From positions 30,192,442 to 30,233,736 of the forward strand of contig NC_068999.1 in assembly GCF_001194135.2 (NCBI RefSeq): 41,295 bases of DNA. The letters run 5' to 3'. The stretch is from Octopus bimaculoides. Lineage: Eukaryota. Within the stretch, counting starts at the first letter, position 1. Each line of letters starts with the position of its first letter. The notes under the pieces are model-generated. The model searched no databases, was not told the origin of the DNA, and saw nothing but the letters and a program-made list of their open reading frames with translations. The position numbers were made by a program, and so were the translations under genes. Shown here one piece after another: positions 33,215 through 41,295 of the stretch.

Positions 33215-34784
33215 TACAAACACTCACTCACAGATACATACAACTTTTGGAGTCTTTTGTTGTTTTCTTTCAATGTCCGAAAAGGAACTACAATTAATTC
33301 CCATGGGAATTGTGGCTGCTTTGGTAATGGGCAGCAAAGTGCTTTTTAATTGAATGAATTGATGTCACTAATGTAGTTAAAACTGGTTATTTATGAAAAA
33401 AAGGGTTCATTACATTTTTTATATGTTTGCTTATTGAAAGAGAGCCTCTGCATGCAGGATTGCTGAGAAATGGTTCCTGTATTGAGTGCTACATACCATT
33501 CATAGCAGGAAGACCCTATATCTGTGGATGCCCGGGGCAATTGCCCTCTTCGACCCCCTATAAATCCAGCTCTACTTACATCTACAAATTTTATGTCTTT
33601 GGTGGAGAAGCAATGACAAGTTAAGACCTGTATATCCTCCACTGTTGGATAATAAAGAAATCATCGACACAATCACATACGCTTATCATTGACAACTTAT
33701 TTTTTCCACAACAATACATCCATGTTTTCCTTTCAATCACAACTTACAACCTGAATTTTTCTATGTTGTATATTTGATTCTTTTATTTTTAGGTCTCTGA
33801 TAGTTTTTCTCTTCTACTACTAAAATAAATATTAGAGTTAGGAGAACAATGACTTGGCTTCCTATTCTAGCATTAGAGTAAAAGGAAAAAAAAAGAACAC
33901 AATGTACATCTATTACAAAACATTCTATTGAATGTAAACTGTGAGAAAAACTGCTACCATCACATTTGCTGTGAATACTTTCTTGAAAATGGTGGAACAT
34001 TTATGAGAACAATATAGAACATGTCCATTGTTCCAGAGAAAATAGTTGTGTCATTGCATGTGTCAGCTAAGTGGCAAATTAGTCAATTGATAATTTGATT
34101 TGCAAGAACATGCTTCGATCACTCTATCCATATTCAATAGGATGGTATTCATTGGAAACTGAAGTTAGTTGGTATAAAGTGTCCCATCTAAGCTTTTTCT
34201 GTTCCCACGCTCTCTCTTTTTTCTCTCCTCCCCTCTTTTTCTATCGTTCTCTCTCTTTACCTGATTGCTACGTGAAAATCAACTAAAAAAGATAGCCTTA
34301 CAACGAAAAAACCCTTATGATGTAAATATGTTCATAATTCAAAAGACGATGAAATTAATAGGGAAAGTCTGAAGGCTGCTTTGCGTAACATTATTAATTG
34401 TACGTAAATTTCATCCGTCTAATTGGCTATACAAATGCTTGTGCAAAACAACTTTTTGCGCTGCCTTGATTATACATAGTAGGGTAATCCCTTTTCGAAG
34501 GAGGTAGGACGGCAATTTCTGATGAAGCAATTGCTGGCGATCTGTTGCTACACAGTTCTGCCAGAATTCTATCAGATTGGGCAGTAGATGTTGATGCACC
34601 ATTTTGCATTATGTTCAAAGTAGCTTCTGGAATGTGGTGAACTGCTGCAGTCTGTTGCTGTCTTTTTAAACTAGTTGCTTTCTTTCCCCAGCAAGCTCTC
34701 TTCTTTGGAGGCATAATCTATGTACATATTAAGTAGAACAACAAAAGTTATAATAGATAGCAGGGTCAATAGTTTGCACATTTC

Positions 34785-35075
34785 GGTAATTTTTCAGATT
34801 AACATCCGCACGATTACGTAACCCTAACCCTAACCCCTAACCCTAACCCTAACCCTAAGCCCTAACCCTAAAACCCTAACCTTGACCCTAAAACCGTAAC
34901 CGTAACACTAACCCTAATCGTAACCCTAACCTTAAACCCTAACCTTAAACCCTAACCTTAAACCCTAACCCTAAACACTAACCCTAACCCTAAACACTAA
35001 CCCTGACACTGACGCAAAAACCGTAACCCTAACACCCTAGTGAAAATCGTGCGGGTGTTAATCTGAAAAATGACC
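34785..35075. mobile_element. MITE with 31-bp TIRs enclosing a degenerate (CCCTAA)n telomere-type tract
   Basis: ggtaatttttcagattaacatccgcacgatt (34785-34815) versus aatcgtgcgggtgttaatctgaaaaatgacc (35045-35075) is an inverted match at 29/31; flanks cacatttc / tacatttg match 6/8. Confidence 0.8.
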
Positions 35076-35591
35076 TACATTTGTAATGAAGTTCACTGAT
35101 TTGCAATGTGTTGTCCATAAGCTCCGTAGTTTGTATATTTACAAAACATTGACGAACATGAGTTATATTGTAGTGAATGCTTGTGTGTACGTGCGCGTGT
35201 ATGCGTTTGAGAGAGCGAGAGAGAAGAGCGAGAGAGGAAGAGAGAGAAAGAGAGGGTGAGAAAGGAATAGAGAACGGGAGCAATGAAGAAAGAGAGGAAG
35301 GGAGAACGGAAAACAATTATAAAATAGCAATGCGTGCGCATGTTTATATAAGAAACACACAGGAACTAAATCTTATATCTATAATGTTGATGTGTGTATG
35401 TGTATGTTGTTGTCACAGATCACGTATGTGTGGTTGTGTGTGTTTTTACGTTTCTATGTTATGAAAAATATGTTAGAGGTAGAGGGATAGAAGAAAGCTA
35501 TTAAATGGGAGAGAGAAAGAAGAACGAAGTAAGAGTGAAAAGGTAGAAGGAAAGAATAGTCTTAAAGCAAGTTAATCTATGACTTTGTATG

Positions 35592-35629
<38 letters not shown>

Positions 35630-35739
35630 TTTTACTCTTACTCTGTATATTAAATGTTGAGCGCGTGATCGATGTGTAAGAACGCTGATACAGGTAGAAG
35701 GGAAGAAATATAAAAGTTGCTAGAAACAACAGTCAAATC

Positions 35740-35920
35740 TCCCTTAAATCACACAAAGTAAACGGAATTTAAAAAATCTAATTACTGCACTGGAAAGTTC
35801 ACATCCAGAAAATTCCATTGATGTAAAAAAATTTTACGAAAATGTGGAAAATGTGGATTTCTATAAACTTTTAAAAAGGCTTCACACAGATACACAACTT
35901 CAGCATTATATATTAAGACG
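35740..35920 (+). mobile_element. Possible DINE/HINE-like (Helentron-derived) core remnant
   Basis: aaaattttacgaaaat...cacacagatacacaacttcagcattatatattaag resembles DINE-type 3' cores; from recalled similarity only. Confidence 0.35.
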
Positions 35921-36239
35921 AGCAACACACACACACTAAAAAAATGACAGGTATTTGTATGTATATGTGTATTAATGTGTATTCTGTGTCTATATATATA
36001 TGGTAGTAAGTAAATGCGTTTTAACAAAGATATTCAAAAAATCCAGTTTGTAGGGAATAAATGTTTGACTGTCGATCGTATTTGGAAGAGACTGACAGGT
36101 ATTTGTATGTATGTGTTTATTTGTATGTATGTGTGTATTTGTACGTATGTATGTATGAGTGTGTATTTTAAAACATCTATATTTACACTTTAAAGTTGGT
36201 TTTCACACTCAACCCGGTTCTGCAGAATCAGTGTAGCAA

Positions 36240-36430
36240 TGGGAGGTTTGTGCCCATCTCTACGTTCTGAGTTCAAATTCCGCCGAAGTCGACTTTGCCT
36301 TTCATCCTTTCGGGGTCTAAAAAATAAGTACCAGTTGAACACAGGGGTCGATATAATCGACTATTCTCCACCTGCCCCAAGCCGCCCTTGTGGGAAAAAT
36401 TTTAAATAATAATGATAATAATAATAATGA
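36240..36430 (+). mobile_element. tRNA-derived SINE with Meta-like central domain
   Basis: Box B-like gagttcaaattcc, core gtcgactttgcctttcatcctttcggggtc...taagtaccag, (AAT)-like tail. Confidence 0.7.
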
Positions 36431-37163
36431 CCTCTGCCGATCAAACTCCCAACCGACAACTAAGGTAGAAGTGTATATATATATATATATATNNNNNNNN
36501 NNNNNNNNNNNNNNNNNNNNNNNNNNNNNNNNNNNNNNNNNNNNNNNNNNNNNNNNNNNNNNNNNNNNNNNNNNNNNNNNNNNNNNNNNNNNNNNNNNNN
36601 NNNNNNNNNNNNNNNNNNNNNNNNNNNNNNNNNNNNNNNNNNNNNNNNNNNNNNNNNNNNNNNNNNNNNNNNNNNNNNNNNNNNNNNNNNNNNNNNNNNN
36701 NNNNNNNNNNNNNNNNNNNNNNNNNNNNNNNNNNNNNNNNNNNNNNNNNNNNNNNNNNNNNNNNNNNNNNNNNNNNNNNNNNNNNNNNNNNNNNNNNNNN
36801 NNNNNNNNNNNNNNNNNNNNNNNNNNNNNNNNNNNNNNNNNNNNNNNNNNNNNNNNNNNNNNNNNNNNNNNNNNNNNNNNNNNNNNNNNNNNNNNNNNNN
36901 NNNNNNNNNNNNNNNNNNNNNNNNNNNNNNNNNNNNNNNNNNNNNNNNNNNNNNNNNNNNNNNNNNNNNNNNNNNNNNNNNNNNNNNNNNNNNNNNNNNN
37001 NNNNNNNNNNNNNNNNNNNNNNNNNNNNNNNNNNNNNNNNNNNNNNNNNNNNNNNNNNNNNNNNNNNNNNNNNNNNNNNNNNNNNNNNNNNNNNNNNNNN
37101 NNNNNNNNNNNNNNNNNNNNNNNNNNNNNNNNNNNNNNNNNNNNNNNNNNNNNNNNNNNNNNN

Positions 37164-37223
<60 letters not shown>

Positions 37224-37664
37224 ATCTGCCTTTTATAGATAAGATACTAGGTCAAACTGTTGCTCAAAGGTGTAATGGCTGTACAGGTAAAAATATGTGT
37301 TGATTAAATTAACACATACATGGCTATCTGAGTAATACATGGGAGAAAAAAATATGTGATTTACTGGCAGAATCCATCGTTGAATTAACGCTGTTAAACT
37401 CTGCTCAGATCGGTCAGATCCTTCCACTAAGAAATATTTCTTAGAAACTCTCTCTATTCTGCCAAAGACCCACTCCCCTTAATTTCTGTTTACTTTTTTT
37501 TAAGCCTGTAAACTGAACAATCACCGATATTGAGTTTTGTATGAATAAATCACCTTTGATTTTTTTTTTGTTAAAATTCCGGCAATGAGGACTAAATCAG
37601 GATTCTCCCTACTTCACCCCGTATAGCTCATGAATTTAGAGGGTTTAGATTTGTGATAGTATCC

Positions 37665-37885
37665 CTTTATTTTCCATCGTAGATGGACAGATTCCTAAAG
37701 AATCTGCCCGCGCATTCACAGCAAACACGGCACAGGGCCAGACTTTAGATCACGTAACTGTATTTTTACCCACTCCGATGTTTACACTCGGCCAGTTATA
37801 CGTCGCCATGAGTAGAGCAACAGACTCCAGTAATTTGAAAATTAGTGTCAACTAAAGAAAATATCGTTACAAAGAAGTTTTGTAA
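37665..37885 (+). pseudogene. Helitron RepHel PIF1-like helicase C-terminal remnant
   Basis: AFTANTAQGQTLDHVTVFLPTPMFTLGQLYVAMSR matches PIF1 motifs V/VI (KxQGQTL, HGQLYVALSR); ends YKEVL*, typical of Helitron helicases. Confidence 0.85.
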
Positions 37886-38149
37886 TCATATTGAGAATAT
37901 CGAAGGAATATGATTCATAATTTAAATAGGGAAATTTGTGAACTTTGAATGACTAAGCTTAACATAGTGTAAACAACTAAAATGAAAGTATATCTAAATA
38001 ACATCTTTTCCTCAATACTTTTTATGTAGTGGTCGAAGGAAGCTTTAGCTTTCGTTAGGAGTTGTCCACATAACCATTTATGATACAAAGGCTGGGAGCC
38101 CGTTGTACACACACACACACATACACACACACACATATATATATATATA

Positions 38150-38460
38150 TACTTGGAAAAGGATGCGTGGTGTTCGACCATATAAAAATATAAATAATAT
38201 ATAGATATATGCATATATCCATACATATATGTACATATCTACATATATATGTATATATACATGCATATATGGGTACAGGACATAAAAAAAAATCTTAAAC
38301 ACAATGAGAAACGAAAACATAAAAACGAAAACAGAAATCGAACTTTTTTCGAACAAAGAAAAAAAAACAGAGAAACGAGATATGCAACATAAAGAGTATA
38401 TCCCTTCGTCAGTTGTCCCTGTCCATCTACTCCGCGTTACGAAGGGAAGAAAAATACGCG
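38150..38460. repeat. Interspersed repeat, copy 2 (family of 121-365)
   Basis: See the 121-365 feature. Confidence 0.7.
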
Positions 38461-38904
38461 ACTTCGTTGGAGCAGTCCTTCCCGCAAAGCAAATTAAATA
38501 AACTTTGGAAATTTTTGCGGAGGGTGAAAGTGTTAACAAGAATAGGACAGTGAGAGCAAGACAGTAAAAACAATAAAAACAGTAAAAACAAAACAGTAAA
38601 AACAAATGGAGGGCTGTTGAGCCAAGACGATAGAAAAATTATTATGAATGCTAAGTAGAAGAGACAGAAAAAACACGTCTGTTCTATAGGAAGACCAGTG
38701 GGCAGAAAGGAAGAACCCCTTTCATCACGTGTCAGCGACGAGAGAGTCAAGGAGGAAGAGGAGGAGTGAGAGAGAGAGAGAGGGGGAACAGTGAAAAGGA
38801 GAGAAGAAGAATAAGGAAAGGGTGGGAGAGAAAAACTGAAAGGATGAAGAACAAGAGAGGGAGAGAGATAGTAGAAGAGTGCGCATTGTAACTATCAAGA
38901 TAAA

Positions 38905-39115
38905 ACTTACTTGGAAAAGGATGCGTGGCGTTCGATCATATAATAATATAAATAATATATAGATATTATATATCTACATCTATATGTATACATACATGCA
39001 TATATGGGTACAGGAAGGACATAAAAAAAACGTTAAACACAATGAGAAACGAAAACATAAAATCGAAAAGAGAAAACGAACTTTTTTTGAACAACGAAAA
39101 AGAAAAACCAAACAA
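38905..39115. repeat. Interspersed repeat, copy 3 (family of 121-365)
   Basis: acttggaaaaggatgcgtgg...gggtacagga...aaacacaatgagaaacgaaaacataaaa is nearly identical to 38150-38350. Confidence 0.75.
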
Positions 39116-39134
39116 ATATATGTATGTATATATT

Positions 39135-39357
39135 TATGTGTGTGTGTCTGTGTTTGTCCCCCCAGCATCACATGACAACAGATGCTGGTTTGTTTATGTC
39201 CCCACAACTTAGCGGTTGGGCAAAATATACCGATAGAATAAGCATTAAGCTTACAAAGAATAAGTCTTGGGGTCGATTTCTTCGACTAAATCCCTTCAAT
39301 GTGGTTACCAGCTTGGTCGCAGTCAAATGACTGAAACAAGTAAAAGAATAAAAGAAT
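39135..39357 (+). mobile_element. SINE 3' half
   Basis: gtccccacaacttagcgg...cttacaaagaataagtcttggggtcga...gcagtcaaatgactgaaacaagtaaaagaataaaagaat with a short tandem tail. Confidence 0.65.
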
Positions 39358-40249
39358 GAGTGTATGTGCGTATATGTATATGTGTATATATATATATATA
39401 NNNNNNNNNNNNNNNNNNNNNNNNNNNNNNNNNNNNNNNNNNNNNNNNNNNNNNNNNNNNNNNNNNNNNNNNNNNNNNNNNNNNNNNNNNNNNNNNNNNN
39501 ATATGCATATATATATACACATACACATTACAAATAATAAAATAAATAGAGAAATACAATTGAAAATCTAAGCTGATTTGCAAATAACTTGCAAACGAAA
39601 GTGCTACCAGTCGAGAACTCCGCATACCGGAAGCCAGCAAATGCATGTGGTCATCAGGAGAGAATGCGCGCCGTTTCGGGGCCTATCTCTCGAGCCCCCA
39701 CCTCACTGATATGAGATCCCGCTTACTAAATCAACTGGTTATCAAATAAAGCTCAATATTCTTCTTAGCTATCACTCATCGTCTCTTTTTAACCAAATCT
39801 AGTGGCTAGCCTTTTCCACTGTAGTTTATTATATTATAATATAATATGATATAATATAATATAATATAATATAAAATATAATATAATGTAAAATGATATA
39901 ACTAATCTTTAAAAAAAGCCCAAATAAAGCCAGCAATTTGTTTCGACTTATATACATTATTTGATTTATAAACTATTCATATCCATGTATACAAGTCTCT
40001 TCAGGGCCTAGGTTTAAAAAGACAGACGAAATTCCATGTAAAAGGACTGCTGATTGCATAATACTGATTCAAAATACCTATGTTTAGGAGCGTGAGCCTT
40101 AACAATTCAAATACAACAAAAGAACAACAAAATTCAAATGGATAAATTAAGTAAAGAAAATACGTAACGGTCAAAAAATGGTTATATATATCTCCAATAA
40201 TTAGTAATTTAAATGTATTTAAATCGAAAGTAATCACTTACCATTTTAA

Positions 40250-40251
40250 TG

Positions 40252-40341
<90 letters not shown>

Positions 40342-40348
40342 TGATGAT
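40250..40348. repeat. (AAT)n microsatellite
   Basis: Direct reading. Confidence 0.95.
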
Positions 40349-40667
40349 AATATATAAATATATAAATAAAGTATCAGAGTTTTACTTAGTGTTATAGATG
40401 GATTAATCGTGTAAATCCATATTTATTCTATACATATGACTCTACATGTTCGAAAGAACGTATTTCTAGTATATCAACTAACCATTTATTTATATGTGAT
40501 ACTATTCATATATTTATTATTACTCAAAGAAAATATATAAATTATACGTAATGATAATATATAATAACCCCTCTCATTTATCTATTGTTACTGACAATGA
40601 TTATTTAAAGTAACTAACAAATAATGGGCCTTATTTACATAGTTTATCGAAGACAAAACATCATAAA

Positions 40668-40886
40668 TTAAAACAAGCAAGAAACATAGATCTACGATAA
40701 TTATAATCTATATTACTTTTCAGATAAAGAGACAAGAAGCTATAATATAAATTGCAATACTCTAATTTCGTTACTTCTGAAAGACTTAGTAATATTTTTT
40801 TATTTATATTATAGCTTCTTGTCTCTTTATCTGAAAAGTAATATAGATTATAATTATCGTAGATCTATGTTTCTTGCTTGTTTTAA
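40668..40886. repeat. Perfect 85-bp inverted repeat with a 49-bp spacer
   Basis: 40668-40752 is the exact reverse complement of 40802-40886, checked base by base. Confidence 0.95.
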
Positions 40887-41295
40887 ATATGACAATTTAA
40901 ATATGTTAAAAGTTACCATGGGTAGCAAAAATCACACAAAAAACAGGATACCACACCCGTTTTATAGGTAGAGATACCAAGTTAAAGTGATGCATTTTGA
41001 GTAGATATGAATGATAACAATAAATGGAGCAAAACGCATATAAATAAAAGTTCCTTTAATTCCTACATATGTTTCAAAATATATGTGCACTCTACTCCAA
41101 AGTAGTAAGAGCTGCTGGAATTCCACATATATTCATCGTCAAGGAACCAACATATAGAAGCAAGACAAATGCGAAATGATGAGGTAACTTACGAGTTATA
41201 ATATTATAATATTATATGGCCAAGCAAGTGACCGTTAGAAGTAAGAACGCTTGTTTACATAGAGTTATAACGGGAGGGGGCTGTAAACGCTATAC

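Noticed and set aside
34427-34714. 95-aa ORF starting MPPKKR as a Helitron or host gene N-terminus
   Set aside because: No recognisable domain; the Helitron helicase remnant at 37665-37885 is on the opposite strand, so they cannot be linked.
34820-35040. True telomere or chromosome-fusion scar
   Set aside because: Short, degenerate, single orientation, and enclosed by TIRs with ordinary sequence on both sides.
38400-38455. Hammerhead ribozyme on the minus strand (CTGACGA and GTAA); similar CTGATGA half-sites at ~345-360 and ~39650-39710
   Set aside because: The GAAA core is altered or out of order and stems I and II do not pair convincingly by hand. An Infernal/RNAmotif search would be needed.
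32242-39646. Long ORFs through N-gaps and microsatellites (poly-X, poly-CV, poly-HT, poly-IY)
   Set aside because: Artefacts of assembly gaps and dinucleotide repeats.
40400-41295. Mitochondrial insertion (very AT-rich tail)
   Set aside because: No mitochondrial protein, rRNA or tRNA motif recognised.

Overview
Eukaryotic, AT-rich DNA made almost entirely of transposons and microsatellites, with three N-gaps. The SINE and microsatellite families resemble cephalopod (Octopus-like) repeats, which is an inference. No host gene could be supported. Recognisable elements: Tx1/L1-clade, R4/Dong, HERO-like and RTE non-LTR retrotransposons, a Penelope-like element (PLE), Gypsy LTR remnants, a mariner, MITEs, a Helitron helicase remnant and tRNA-SINEs. 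The main discovery is a three-level nest at 11178-22040. (1) A minus-strand PLE is split at a TA by a mariner, and the PLE halves rejoin in frame (MEEFDRVDVCDLI|VFFIRYILNK...GLYRDD). (2) The mariner (TIRs at 11455 and 21213) is split 4 bp upstream of its transposase ATG. (3) The insert is an ~8.5 kb head-to-tail array of five different Tx1-derived elements (A-E) with no endonuclease or RT. Four carry only a Gag-like ORF1; the fifth carries ORF1 plus the ORF2 C-terminus. The junctions carry copies of a 12-bp motif, GTTACAATCATC, and the two outer copies sit in mariner sequence. This looks like a family of site-specific non-autonomous retroelements that repeatedly targets the start-codon region of a mariner transposon.
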